A stretch of DNA of 64,000 nucleotides from Acutalibacteraceae bacterium (GCA_045605425.1 JAZUQA010000012.1:246-64245), one strand, 5' to 3'. Shown: positions 27,495-37,175, counted from the stretch's first letter. The notes: generated by a model not told the origin, from the sequence alone. Translations and numbers: made by a program.

Positions 27495-29825
27495 ATGCCG
27501 ATGAATATAAGTTTTATAGCTCTGAATATCAGCGGTGCAGAAACCGTTCAGTATGCTGCGGATAAGCTCCGTGGTGTACTGTCGGGCTACGGCAGGTGCG
27601 ATTTCAAGCTTTGCGGTTCAATGTCGCAGGTGTCCGCCTCCCTCGGAGATGCTTTTGCAAATTCCGAGGTTATAGTTGTGGGCATCGAGCCTTCAGCTTA
27701 CTGCAAGTCAAAGCTCGCCATACTCAGAGCAATGCACATCAGAACACAGCTCAACGAGCAGCTCAAAGCAATGATGCCCGAAAAATCCGATATGACTGCG
27801 GCTCAGGTTTCAATGCATTGCGCTATGCCCGTAAATGCCGAGGTTTTTGCTTCGGCGGACGGTCTTTATTCGGGCTTTGCTCTTCAGAGCGGTAAGCAGC
27901 ACTTCGTTCTGCTCACTCTGGACAAGCTCAGGCTTGAGCCTGCCGTTTCGCAGGGTCTTGTGCCCTACCTTGAAAAGGCAGCACCCACTGCAGGGGAGAA
28001 GGAAGAGATTACACCCGATTCATCTCTTGCTGCAAAGGCTTCCGAAAAGCTATCCGCCTGCGGCAAGAAGGTTTATTTTGCCGCAACGCCCTCCTGCGAA
28101 ATGGTAAAGGAGCTTTGCTCTTCGCAGCTTGAAAGCGGCACAATGTGCTTTAGCGATTATACGAGCGACAGGGGCAGCGAAGCTCCCCGAAGCTACATAG
28201 CCGACCTTGCACGCTACGCAATTCCCGAGGGCTCAACCGATTTCGGTGCGGCTGTTTCCAACGTCTTTACGGGCACGTCGCAGGATTCGGGTGAGCAGAA
28301 ATATAACATTTACGTTGCGGTTGCCGATGTTTCGGCCTCCCGTGTGCTTCGCTTTGCCTCACAGCCGGGCGAAACACCCGAGGAGCTTATCACCGCCGCA
28401 ATTGAAATGCTTATGGAAATGATATGCGACAAGTGCGACGAAATCAACGCACCCGTTGAAGCAGTACCCTTCAGCGCAGAGCCGATTGAAGAAATTGAAG
28501 AGCCTGCACCCGAAGAAAAAGCAAAGAAGAAGCACAGAGGAATAAGAACGCTCGTTTACGTTCTGCTTGCAATTGTGCTTGCGGTAATTGCATATTTCGG
28601 TTATAACGGCTTTGAAAACGCAAACCAGAACAAGGCAGACGCTATAGGCGTCTTTACTCAGTACGTTTCGGGAGCCGCTGACATCAGCGGCTCTGACCTT
28701 TTTTACGATGAAGAACTGGAATTTATAACCTTTGAAGAAGAAACAAGTGAAGTCCCCGAAGAACCGTCGGGCGAAATTACAAGCGAATTAAATACGACAG
28801 AAACGGAAACCACCGTTGATATAGAGAGCACAACCGACAGGACAAGCTCAACAACAACCACAAAAAAAGAAACCACCACAAAAAAAGTTACAACTACGGC
28901 AAAGCCTACTACAACCGCAAAGCCCACAACTACCGCAAAACCCACTACTACAGCCAAGCCTACAACAACCGCAAAGCCCACCACAACGAAAAAAGATGTT
29001 GTTGATACGGGTGACTACAGGGGTGAATTTGTGTTTACAGTTTACGGCTACGGTCACGGTGTCGGTATGAGCCAGGAGGGTGCATTAGGCTACTCAAAGC
29101 AGGGCTGGAGCCACAGCCAGATACTTGCTCATTACTACCCCGGTACAACCCTTGTCAAGGCTGACCCCGATATGCCCGAAACAATTAAATTCGGCGGTGT
29201 GGATTACCCGATAGTTGAGTACCTTTGCCGAAGCGTTGCCGCAGAAATCGGCACGAATACAAACAACTCAACAAGAGAAGCCCACAAGGCACAGGCGGTT
29301 GCAATTTACACCTATGCCAAGCGCTACGGCTTCAATCTCAGATCTTCCTTACACGCCTTCAACAAGTCATATAGTTTTGAAGGCACGGCACTTGAAGAGG
29401 CGGTAAAAGCCGTGCTTGGCGAATACCTTTCCTACAACGGCAAGCCTGTAATGGCAACCTACTACGCAATGTCTGCAGGCAGAACGGTAAAGGCTTCTAC
29501 CGTCTGGAGCGGCGAAACCTACCCTTACCTTGAAACCTCTGTTGAAAGCACGCCCGACAAAAGCTGTGCAAGGTACAAAACGACCTATACAATTTCCGCA
29601 AATGAGTTCCGTGAGCTTATGAAAAACAATATTGACGTTGAGCTGACCGGTGACCCGAGCGGTTGGATAAAGATAATCAAGCACGACTCTGCCGTGAGCA
29701 GTAAGGTCGGTTATGTTGAAAAAATGACCGTCGGCAACAAGACCATAAGCGGCTCTGCGTTCAGAGGTACGGCTATGGCGTACAAAATTCGTTCACACTG
29801 CTTCAGCGTTGAATATGTAAAATAA
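27495..29825 (+). CDS. SpoIID/LytB-domain protein with long N-terminal region, TM helix and Thr/Pro-rich linker
   Basis: 776 aa. C-terminal SpoIID-type motif VYGYGHGVGMSQEGA, central TM helix, and a (P)TTTAK repeat linker. Confidence 0.75.
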   Translation: MPMNISFIALNISGAETVQYAADKLRGVLSGYGRCDFKLCGSMSQVSASLGDAFANSEVIVVGIEPSAYCKSKLAILRAMHIRTQLNEQLKAMMPEKSDMTAAQVSMHCAMPVNAEVFASADGLYSGFALQSGKQHFVLLTLDKLRLEPAVSQGLVPYLEKAAPTAGEKEEITPDSSLAAKASEKLSACGKKVYFAATPSCEMVKELCSSQLESGTMCFSDYTSDRGSEAPRSYIADLARYAIPEGSTDFGAAVSNVFTGTSQDSGEQKYNIYVAVADVSASRVLRFASQPGETPEELITAAIEMLMEMICDKCDEINAPVEAVPFSAEPIEEIEEPAPEEKAKKKHRGIRTLVYVLLAIVLAVIAYFGYNGFENANQNKADAIGVFTQYVSGAADISGSDLFYDEELEFITFEEETSEVPEEPSGEITSELNTTETETTVDIESTTDRTSSTTTTKKETTTKKVTTTAKPTTTAKPTTTAKPTTTAKPTTTAKPTTTKKDVVDTGDYRGEFVFTVYGYGHGVGMSQEGALGYSKQGWSHSQILAHYYPGTTLVKADPDMPETIKFGGVDYPIVEYLCRSVAAEIGTNTNNSTREAHKAQAVAIYTYAKRYGFNLRSSLHAFNKSYSFEGTALEEAVKAVLGEYLSYNGKPVMATYYAMSAGRTVKASTVWSGETYPYLETSVESTPDKSCARYKTTYTISANEFRELMKNNIDVELTGDPSGWIKIIKHDSAVSSKVGYVEKMTVGNKTISGSAFRGTAMAYKIRSHCFSVEYVK
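28890..28988 (+). repeat. In-frame 18-bp tandem repeat (about 5.5 copies) encoding TTTAKP units
   Basis: acaactacggcaaagcct / actacaaccgcaaagccc / acaactaccgcaaaaccc / actactacagccaagcct / acaacaaccgcaaagccc. Synonymous variation between units. Confidence 0.85.
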
Positions 29826-29839
29826 AGGAGAATTTAGCT

Positions 29840-31453
29840 ATGATAAAAACTGCACTTGTTTCTTCGCTTGAAAAGGTTTTTCCTCAGAGTGAGGGCGGCT
29901 TTGTAATTACAGAAAAAATGTCCATGCTTATCGGCGAAAAAGGCGGCTTTCAGTTGGCTGTCTTCACCGATGAGCCCTTGAGATTTGCTCTTAATGAGAA
30001 TAACGCAATTAAGGTTACGGGCTACAACGTGCTTCCCGTGCCCTCAAAGCTCCCGTTTTATGAGGATCACGACGACGATATTATTGTTTCGCCCGACGGA
30101 TATTATCCCGATTATCTTGTTCCCTGCGAAAACGGCGAAATTGAGTTTGTCAACGGCGGCTGGTGCTCCGTCTGGTTTGAGGTTGAGGCAGAAAGACCGG
30201 GTACAAACGAAATTGAAATCACTCTTTATAATGAGGAAAACGAAGCTGTGGCAGCCGAAAAATTTACCGTCAAGGTTATTAATGCAGAGCTTCCCGAGCA
30301 GAAGCTGATCTGCACGAACTGGTTTCATTGTGACTGCCTTGCAACGTGGTACAAGGTTGATGCTTTCAGCCAGGAGCATTGGCAGATTATCGAAAGCTTT
30401 ATGAAAACCGCAAGCGACCACGGCATCAATATGATACTCACACCCTTGTTCACACCTCCGCTTGACACGGCGGAAGGCGGCGAAAGACCCACAATGCAGC
30501 TTGTTGACGTAACCGTAACGGGTGAGGACGAATATGCCTTCGGTTTCGATAAACTCCGCCGCTGGATTGAAACGGCAAAGCGAAGCGGAATGAAATATTA
30601 CGAGCTTTCCCACCTGTTTACACAGTGGGGTGCAAAGCACGCACCGAAAATTGTTGATGTAAACGGCAAAAAGCTCTTCGGCTGGAAAACACCTGCAGGC
30701 GGCAAAAAATACCGCAGCTTCCTCACTCAGCTTGCCCCGGCACTTGACTGTGTGCTCGAGGCAGAGGGTATTAAGGAATACTGCTGGGTACATACCTCCG
30801 ACGAGCCTAACCTTGCTGACCTTCGCTCTTACAGCAAGGCAAGCCGTTTGTTAAAAGAGCTTTTCCCCGATTACAATATGTTCGATGCACTCAGCGATTA
30901 TAAGTTTTATAAAAAAGGGCTTGTTAAAACTCCCGTGCCCTCACTCAACCACGCAGAGCCCTTTATCGGCAACGTAGAAAACCTCTGGACATACTACTGC
31001 TGCGGTCAGTACAAGGGCACAGCCAACCGCTTTATGGCTATGCCGTCATACCGTGGCCGTGTACTCGGACTTCAGCTTTATAAATTCCGCTGTCAGGGCT
31101 TTTTGCAGTGGGGTTATAATTTCTGGTACAGCCAGCATTCAAAGTACGAAATCAATCCCTTTGAAACCACCGATGCTCTCGAAGCCTTCCCCTCGGGTGA
31201 TGCCTTTGTCGTCTACCCTGGTGAGGACGGCAAGCCCCTTTGCTCACTTCGCTTCAAGACCTTCCGTGAAGCCCATCAGGATTTGAGAGCACTCCAATTG
31301 CTCGAAAGCAAAATCGGCTATGAAAAAACGGTTGCCCTCATCGAAAACACAACGGGCGGCGAGCTCACCTTTATGAATTACGAAAGAGGCATCGAGCCCA
31401 TGCTTGCAAAGAGGGAAAGAGTTAATGCAATGATAGAGGAGTATTGCAAATAA
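29840..31453 (+). CDS. Hypothetical cytoplasmic protein, possibly DUF4091/glycoside-hydrolase-like
   Basis: 537 aa intact ORF with an RBS. The family assignment rests only on size and general resemblance. Confidence 0.4.
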   Translation: MIKTALVSSLEKVFPQSEGGFVITEKMSMLIGEKGGFQLAVFTDEPLRFALNENNAIKVTGYNVLPVPSKLPFYEDHDDDIIVSPDGYYPDYLVPCENGEIEFVNGGWCSVWFEVEAERPGTNEIEITLYNEENEAVAAEKFTVKVINAELPEQKLICTNWFHCDCLATWYKVDAFSQEHWQIIESFMKTASDHGINMILTPLFTPPLDTAEGGERPTMQLVDVTVTGEDEYAFGFDKLRRWIETAKRSGMKYYELSHLFTQWGAKHAPKIVDVNGKKLFGWKTPAGGKKYRSFLTQLAPALDCVLEAEGIKEYCWVHTSDEPNLADLRSYSKASRLLKELFPDYNMFDALSDYKFYKKGLVKTPVPSLNHAEPFIGNVENLWTYYCCGQYKGTANRFMAMPSYRGRVLGLQLYKFRCQGFLQWGYNFWYSQHSKYEINPFETTDALEAFPSGDAFVVYPGEDGKPLCSLRFKTFREAHQDLRALQLLESKIGYEKTVALIENTTGGELTFMNYERGIEPMLAKRERVNAMIEEYCK

Positions 31454-31454
31454 C

Positions 31455-31630
31455 AGTTTGTCGATGAAATCGACAAACTGTTAATGAAGAATGAATAATG
31501 AAGCCGCTTGCGCTGATGAATAATGAATAATAAAGGAAGGGCTGCGCCCTTGCCCGTTTTATATTCGGGTGCGGGTGTCCCGCCATCAATTATTCATTAT
31601 TCAATATTCATCATTAATTATTCATTAAAT
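31455..31630 (+). repeat. Intergenic palindromic element, copy B (core 31539..31584)
   Basis: Left arm heptamers aatgaag/aatgaat/gaataat. Core gggctgcgcccttgcccgttttatattcgggtgcgggtgtcccgcc. Right arm attattc repeats (exact reverse complement of tgaataatgaataat). 5' hairpin cagtttgtcgat/atcgacaaactg. Confidence 0.7.
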
Positions 31631-31669
31631 AAAATCAAGCAGTACAACCACACGGCTGTACTGCTTTCT

Positions 31670-32302
31670 TTATGCTTGATTAAATTCTTTACACACCCTT
31701 GCAAGGTTACATATTTCACACTTGGGCTTGCGTGCGTTGCACACGGCTCTGCCGTGGAGCACACAGCGGTGGCAGAAATCGTTGCTTTCCTCGGGCGGGA
31801 GCAGCTTTTTGAGCTGGATTTCAACCTTGTACGGGTCTTTTGTTTTTACCAGACCGAGGCGGTTTGAAATGCGGATAAGGTGCGTGTCCGCAACAACGGC
31901 AGGCTGCCTGTAAACGTCGCCTACAATCAGGTTTGCCGTTTTTCTGCCGACACCGGGCAGACGGACGAGGTCGTCAATATTGTCGGGGACTTTGCCGCCG
32001 TACTCGTCGAGTATCATTTTTGCCATAGCGATAATATCCCGTGCCTTCATGTGGTAAAAGCCGCAGGGGCGGACGATTTCCTCAACGTCCTCAATTTCTG
32101 CGTTGGCGTAATCCTCAAGCGTGGGATATTTTTCAAAAAGCTTCGGGGTGACGAGGTTTACCCTCGCATCCGTACACTGTGCCGAAAGCCGTGTTGCGAT
32201 TATGAGCTGAACGGGGTCTGCCGCATCAAGTGAGCATATCGCCTCGGGGTAGTCCTTTTTGAGCTGTTCAACCGCAAATTCGGCAATTTCTTTTTTATGC
32301 AT
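31670..32302 (-). CDS. nth: Endonuclease III
   Basis: 210 aa. HhH-GPD motif LPGVGRKTANLIVGD and C-terminal 4Fe-4S cluster CNARKPKCEICNLARVC. Confidence 0.9.
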   Translation of the reverse strand: MHKKEIAEFAVEQLKKDYPEAICSLDAADPVQLIIATRLSAQCTDARVNLVTPKLFEKYPTLEDYANAEIEDVEEIVRPCGFYHMKARDIIAMAKMILDEYGGKVPDNIDDLVRLPGVGRKTANLIVGDVYRQPAVVADTHLIRISNRLGLVKTKDPYKVEIQLKKLLPPEESNDFCHRCVLHGRAVCNARKPKCEICNLARVCKEFNQA

Positions 32303-33342
32303 TATTTAACACCAAACTTATAAACTGTTCTGGATTTGAATTCTTCGCCTGCTTTGAAGGTGCACTGCGGAAATTCGGGGTGGTTGGGTGCGTCGGGATA
32401 AACCTGGGTTTCAAGGCAGAAGCCTGCGTGCTGTACCATCGGACAGCCGCCCTTGCCCTTTTTTGTGCCGTCAAGGAAGTTGCCGGTGTAGAACTGTACA
32501 CCCGGTCTGTCGGTGTAAACTTCCATTGTTCTGCCGCTGACAGGTTCAAGCACGCTTATCTTTACGCCGTCACCGCTGTTGAGGCAAAGGTTGTGGTCGT
32601 AGCCCTTTGCGGCGTTAAGCTGGTCGTAATCGGCGTGAATTTCCTTGCCGATTTTCTTGAATTCTCTGAAATCAAAGGGTGTGCCCTCAACCTTGCGGAT
32701 TTCGCCCGTGGGAATGCTGTCGGGTGTTGTGGGTGTGAAATAGTCGGAATCAAAGCGGATTTCGTGGTTAAGCACATCGCCGCTGTTGCAGCCTGCAAGG
32801 TTGAAATAAGCGTGGTTTGTAAGATTTATGATTGTCGCCTTGTCCGAAACGGCGGAGTAGTCGATTATAACCTCATCGCTGTCGGTGAAGGTGTATTTTA
32901 CGCTGACCTTGATTGTGCCGGGGAAGCCGTAGGTGCCGTCGGGAGAAACTGCGGAGAAGATAACGGCGTTGTCACCGCATTCCTCTGCGTCAAAATTTGC
33001 GTGGGAGAATTCGCCGCTTGAATGAAGGCTCTTTACGCCGTCCTCATTGCAGTCAACCTGGTATTCGGTGCCGTCAATTGTGAATTTACCGCCGCCGATA
33101 CGGTTTGCAAATCTGCCGACAAACTGACCCTGGTAGTCGGAAAGGTTAATCTGACCGTCCATATCGTCAAAGCCCAGCAGAACGTCCTGAAGAATATCGT
33201 CCTTGTCGGGCACAAAGGCAGAAAGCCAGGTTGCACCGTAGGTGATGAATTCAACAAAGTTGCCCTCTGCGTTCTTGATTTTGTATTTGTAAACCTCGCT
33301 GCCATCGGGCATTGCGCCCCAGACACTTTTTGTAATGCTCAT
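32302..33342 (-). CDS. galM: Aldose 1-epimerase (galactose mutarotase)
   Basis: ORF 32302..33405. The likely start is MSITKSVWG (ATG comp 33340..33342) after GGAG. Motifs NHAYFNL and GFCLETQVYPDAPNHPEF. Confidence 0.85.
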   Translation of the reverse strand: MSITKSVWGAMPDGSEVYKYKIKNAEGNFVEFITYGATWLSAFVPDKDDILQDVLLGFDDMDGQINLSDYQGQFVGRFANRIGGGKFTIDGTEYQVDCNEDGVKSLHSSGEFSHANFDAEECGDNAVIFSAVSPDGTYGFPGTIKVSVKYTFTDSDEVIIDYSAVSDKATIINLTNHAYFNLAGCNSGDVLNHEIRFDSDYFTPTTPDSIPTGEIRKVEGTPFDFREFKKIGKEIHADYDQLNAAKGYDHNLCLNSGDGVKISVLEPVSGRTMEVYTDRPGVQFYTGNFLDGTKKGKGGCPMVQHAGFCLETQVYPDAPNHPEFPQCTFKAGEEFKSRTVYKFGVK

Positions 33343-33429
33343 ATCAAAACTCCTGATTAAGTAAAGTGTTATATTCAGTATAAGGTTTATATAAGTAAAA
33401 GTCAATTGTCAAATTAGAGTTTGTTTAAA

Positions 33430-33570
33430 CGCAGAGTGCAGAGCTCAGAACGCAGAACGGTGGGAGGGCTCCGCCCTCACCCATTATAATAATCGCTCTA
33501 AATCAATGTTTTATAAAATCGGAGCGAAGCGACCCTTCGTTCTGCACTCTGCGTTCTGCATTCTGCACTC
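33430..33570 (+). repeat. Intergenic palindromic element, variant copy D (GC-rich heptamer arms)
   Basis: Left arm gcagagt gcagagc tcagaac gcagaac. Right arm gttctgc actctgc gttctgc attctgc. First core hairpin gagggctccgccctc followed by cccattata, as in copy A. Confidence 0.6.
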
Positions 33571-33690
33571 ATCTCGACAAACTATAATTTATCTTATCCA
33601 ATCCTTTGCTGCGTTATTTTTCAAAAAACTCTTGACAAAATTGCGATTATTGATATAATAACTTGTGTTGCATATTGCAACGGCAAATGT

Positions 33691-33767
33691 GGCCCGGTAG
33701 TTCAGTTGGTTAGAACGCTAGCCTGTCACGCTAGAGGTCGACGGTTCGAGCCCGTTCCGGGTCGCCA
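33691..33767 (+). tRNA. tRNA-Asp (anticodon GTC)
   Basis: Cloverleaf folded by hand: acceptor GGCCCGG/CCGGGTC, anticodon stem CTAGC/GCTAG with loop CTGTCAC, T-arm GACGG-TTCGAGC-CCGTC, encoded CCA. Confidence 0.9.
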
Positions 33768-33772
33768 TATTT

Positions 33773-33848
33773 GCTGCTATGGCTCAGGTGGTAGAGCACA
33801 TCCTTGGTAAGGATGAGGTCGGCAGTTCGAGTCTGCCTAGCAGCTCCA
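33773..33848 (+). tRNA. tRNA-Thr (anticodon GGT); integration target of the downstream element
   Basis: Acceptor GCTGCTA/TAGCAGC, anticodon stem CATCC/GGATG with loop TTGGTAA, T-arm GGCAG-TTCGAGT-CTGCC, encoded CCA. The 3' 46 nt are repeated at 42000..42045. Confidence 0.9.
33803..33848 (+). repeat. attL (46-bp direct repeat, 3' part of the functional tRNA-Thr)
   Basis: cttggtaaggatgaggtcggcagttcgagtctgcctagcagctcca is identical to 42000..42045. Confidence 0.9.
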
Positions 33849-33951
33849 ATCCCTTGAAACTTAAGGTTTCAAGGGATTTTTCATTTGTTTTTGAAATTTC
33901 TTAGACCTCATCCCTGAATCGCAATTTTTTAGTAAAGGATGCGGTCTAACT

Positions 33952-34884
33952 ATGAACAGAAAAATCACTATGAACAGGACTGAAAACAAGACTTTTGAAC
34001 AGGTCTTTTCAATGTTCATAACTTCACGAGCGGCAAAAGGCGTTGCCGATGCCACAATCAGGAATTATCATCAACATTTGCACAGTATTTCAAAGTATCT
34101 TGACATTCAGATGTCCTTTGATGCTCTTTCCAAAAGCACTATCGATGAAATGATTGTATCAATGAGAAAATCAGAACTTGCACACAACTCTATTGCAACC
34201 TATGTCAGGGTTATAAAGACCTTTTTGACTTGGTGCAATGAAGAAGGTTTGTCTGATGTAAGAATCAAAGGTCTGAAGGAAAAGGAAACAATCAAAGAAA
34301 CCTACTCCGATGAAGAACTTGAGAAACTTCTTGAGAAACCGAAAAAGGATTGTAATTTTTGCGAATACCGCAATTGGGTTATCGTCAATTTTCTTCTCAA
34401 TAGCGGATGCCGAGCGGCAACCATACGGAACATTCAGAACAGGGATGTTGACCTTCAGCGAAAACAGGTTATCTTCCGCCATAATAAAAATGGCAAGATT
34501 CAGGTTATTCCCCTTTGCACCCTGATGTGTAATATTCTTTATGATTATATGAAAATCCGACAAGGAAAATCGGAAGATTATCTTTTCTGCGACCAATACG
34601 GTCAGATGTTTACGGAGAATGGTCTCAGACTTGCCATTGAGCGGTATAATAAAAAAAGAGGTGTATCAAAAACAAGCACGCATCTGTTCCGACACACCTT
34701 CGCCCGAAAGTATTTAGTTGATTGCGGCGGCGATGCCTTTATGCTTCAAAGGCTCTTGGGTCATAGCACCCTGAATATGACAAAGCATTACTGCACAATC
34801 TTTGATGCAGATATTGCCAAGAACTATGACAGGGTTTCTCCTTTGGCTCAGATGCACCAAGAGAAAAAGAAAATAATAAAGTAA
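33952..34884 (+). CDS. Tyrosine-type site-specific integrase
   Basis: 310 aa. Catalytic signature GCRAATIRN (R), HLFRHTF (H-x-x-R), LGHSTLNMTKHY (H..Y). Confidence 0.9.
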   Translation: MNRKITMNRTENKTFEQVFSMFITSRAAKGVADATIRNYHQHLHSISKYLDIQMSFDALSKSTIDEMIVSMRKSELAHNSIATYVRVIKTFLTWCNEEGLSDVRIKGLKEKETIKETYSDEELEKLLEKPKKDCNFCEYRNWVIVNFLLNSGCRAATIRNIQNRDVDLQRKQVIFRHNKNGKIQVIPLCTLMCNILYDYMKIRQGKSEDYLFCDQYGQMFTENGLRLAIERYNKKRGVSKTSTHLFRHTFARKYLVDCGGDAFMLQRLLGHSTLNMTKHYCTIFDADIAKNYDRVSPLAQMHQEKKKIIK

Positions 34885-34983
34885 TAAAATAAAAGAAGTA
34901 GGAAATCATCAGGTTTCCTACTTCTTTTTATCAACCATATTACAAGTTTATAAAGACAGTATAACAACTTTTTAACAACTTTT

Positions 34984-36105
34984 TTAATCGCTATACATAT
35001 CTCTTATCTTATCCAAATGAGCCTTATAACCTTCAACCACATGGTCAGGCGAAAGAATCTTTACTCTTTTGCCGAACCCTGCTAACCAACCATAAAAAGG
35101 GTCGCTTATATCAACTGTTGTCATAACCGTAAAATAATCTTTGTCGAGCTTAGAATATGACACGCCCTTTTTGCCAAACCGCTCAACAACGGCATCCAAA
35201 AGGAAGTTAGGAAAACAAAGTGTGACGACTTCGGTTTTGCCTTTGAACATATTAAAAGTTCTTTTTACAAGCGAATCAATGTTGGTTTTTTCGTATTCTT
35301 CTTTGCCCTCTCTTGGCTCAAATGTAAAACAAACATCTTTCATTCTGTCAACTCTGTAAATTCTTATCTCTTTGTATTTATCATCAAATCCTAAAAGATA
35401 GTAATTACCTTCATTGACTATGAGTTTAAAAGGACTTACAACGTACTTTTCGCCCTTTCTTTGTGCAACCTGATTGTGAAGGTCATTGATTGAGTTTTTC
35501 ATATAATGAAAACTTATCTTTTCGGGTTCGTGCGGTTCGCCGTCAAAACTTACGCTCATCGCATCGTAAATGGTTTGAATGTTGTATATCAGAGCGGTAT
35601 TTGTTGTCTTGGGTCTGTCGATAACAAAAGCATCCGCCTTTATTTTTTTCGCCTGATGTTCGCTGAGAAATTCACAGGCGGCATCAATCAATCTCTGAGC
35701 CTCAGATTCAGAAACAAATTTTGCCGAGTTTATACATTCTGTCATAAGGCGTATATCTTCAAGATTAAAGTGCCTTTTATCTATGTAAAAACCTTTTTTA
35801 TACTTGTATTTTATAAGTTTTTCTTCATCATATTCATCAGTCGCAATTACTTCTGCAGCTTCTATAATATCAGAATCATTTTCAAGCATCCAATTAACTT
35901 CATTTATTTCTTCAATATCTTTGTATATTGAGCGGCGTTCAGCATAAATCTGACAACTTTCCTGAAGAAACCCCTCAATATCTTTACCTGTTGCAAAATG
36001 CTCTGCATCGGTATTTTTGAGAAGATATTGAAGAACGATGTAAGGCTTCATGCGTTGCTTTGTTTTTTTGCCGTGATGCTTGTCAGGATGCTTTTTCTCT
36101 GCCAT
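34984..36105 (-). CDS. HTH plus WYL domain transcriptional regulator
   Basis: 373 aa. N-terminal wHTH-like region (YIVLQYLLKNTDAEHFATGKDI) and WYL-type core VVSPFKLIVNEGNYYLLGFDDKYKEIRIYRVDRMKDV. Confidence 0.7.
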   Translation of the reverse strand: MAEKKHPDKHHGKKTKQRMKPYIVLQYLLKNTDAEHFATGKDIEGFLQESCQIYAERRSIYKDIEEINEVNWMLENDSDIIEAAEVIATDEYDEEKLIKYKYKKGFYIDKRHFNLEDIRLMTECINSAKFVSESEAQRLIDAACEFLSEHQAKKIKADAFVIDRPKTTNTALIYNIQTIYDAMSVSFDGEPHEPEKISFHYMKNSINDLHNQVAQRKGEKYVVSPFKLIVNEGNYYLLGFDDKYKEIRIYRVDRMKDVCFTFEPREGKEEYEKTNIDSLVKRTFNMFKGKTEVVTLCFPNFLLDAVVERFGKKGVSYSKLDKDYFTVMTTVDISDPFYGWLAGFGKRVKILSPDHVVEGYKAHLDKIRDMYSD

Positions 36106-36191
36106 AATATATCACCTTCTTGTGTCTGTTGGCGATATTATAACACGCAAGTCCAAAAGTGTGAAGTCTCTTAGTGTATTTATTAAAGCAC

Positions 36192-36400
36192 TTGAAAATT
36201 TAAATTTATATTGATATAATAATATTACCACACAAAATCAAATATTTTACTCATACAAGAGGTGGCATTTTTGTCTTTCGGCAAAAGTGCGGACTTCTAT
36301 ATTCGCATTTCTTGTATGAGTGACGAAAGATTTTGTGTGGTAGCAAATCGAAGTTCCGCATTTTTCGGTGTGTGTGGCTTCGGTTGCACACACTTTTTTA
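36192..36400 (+). ncRNA. Promoter-proximal structured RNA (nested rod-like hairpin plus intrinsic terminator); class unknown
   Basis: TTGAAA (36192..36197), 17-nt spacer, TATAAT (36215..36220). Perfect 14-bp stem 36226..36239 / 36329..36342, perfect 11-bp stem 36250..36260 / 36310..36320, and inner stem gcatttttg/caaaagtgc. Terminator gtgtgtgtggc-ttcg-gttgcacacac plus T-run (36368..36400). Confidence 0.5.
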
Positions 36401-36500
36401 TTTTATGGAGAATAAAACGGTGTCAGCTTGTATTGAGGAGGCGAAAATACGATTCTCCATAAACAGTATCAAAATACATACAAAACAAGAGGTGTTTATT

Positions 36501-37175
36501 ATGAAGAAAACTATATCCTTACTTTTAACATTTATGCTTTTACTGACTTTTGCCGCTTGCGGTAATAAACAAGATAACTTTTTGACAAAAACAAGCTGGA
36601 CAAATATTTACGACGAAAGTGATACTTTTACGTTTAAGGCTGACGGAACAGGAACATTTGGAAACATAAGCACTACATGGTCATTAGAAAATAGCAGATT
36701 AACTGTTTCGTATATGGGAACAATAAGAACTATGACAATAGAGTTTGATATTGTTGAATTTGAAAATTCAACAATAATTATTGAATGCCCAAACGATATT
36801 GTTGACACAAAAATATTAGTTTCTTCTGACAATTATGCAACAGAATCAGAAAAAGTTATAAATTATTTAAACACAGCAGCAACACCTTTGGACTGGGATA
36901 CGGTATATGATGAATATCTTTTAAACAAAGCACGAGCCGCAGAAAAGTATACAGGAACAATCGTAAAATGGACTGCAAAAGTTTATTATATAAGCGATAA
37001 TTTTTGTCAAATGGCAATAGAAGCTTCGAAAGGTAGTCCTGTAAACCCAATAGAGGTATATATGGAAACCAGTGAACTGACAAAGTTCAATATCTATGAT
37101 GAAATAACTGTTATCGGTATTTTAGAAATGGATTCAGCATCAACTCAAATCAACGGTGCATTTGTTGTGGACTAA
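36501..37175 (+). CDS. Hypothetical lipoprotein (element cargo)
   Basis: Lipoprotein signal MKKTISLLLTFMLLLTFAACGNK with a lipobox. The ORF-track extension back to 36333 covers the structured RNA and terminator and is unlikely to be real. Confidence 0.7.
   Translation: MKKTISLLLTFMLLLTFAACGNKQDNFLTKTSWTNIYDESDTFTFKADGTGTFGNISTTWSLENSRLTVSYMGTIRTMTIEFDIVEFENSTIIIECPNDIVDTKILVSSDNYATESEKVINYLNTAATPLDWDTVYDEYLLNKARAAEKYTGTIVKWTAKVYYISDNFCQMAIEASKGSPVNPIEVYMETSELTKFNIYDEITVIGILEMDSASTQINGAFVVD

Noticed and set aside
28850-28990. Possible CRISPR-like or non-coding repeat array
   Set aside because: The 18-bp units are contiguous with no spacers, in frame, and encode a TTTAKP linker inside the SpoIID-like protein.
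31523-31867. 114 aa ORF on the plus strand
   Set aside because: It starts inside the palindromic repeat element and runs antisense through the nth gene. It is a shadow ORF.
36262-36500. Track ORFs 36262..36462 and the 5' extension of 36333..37175
   Set aside because: They overlie the nested-stem RNA and its terminator. The lipoprotein signal peptide with a lipobox starts at 36501.
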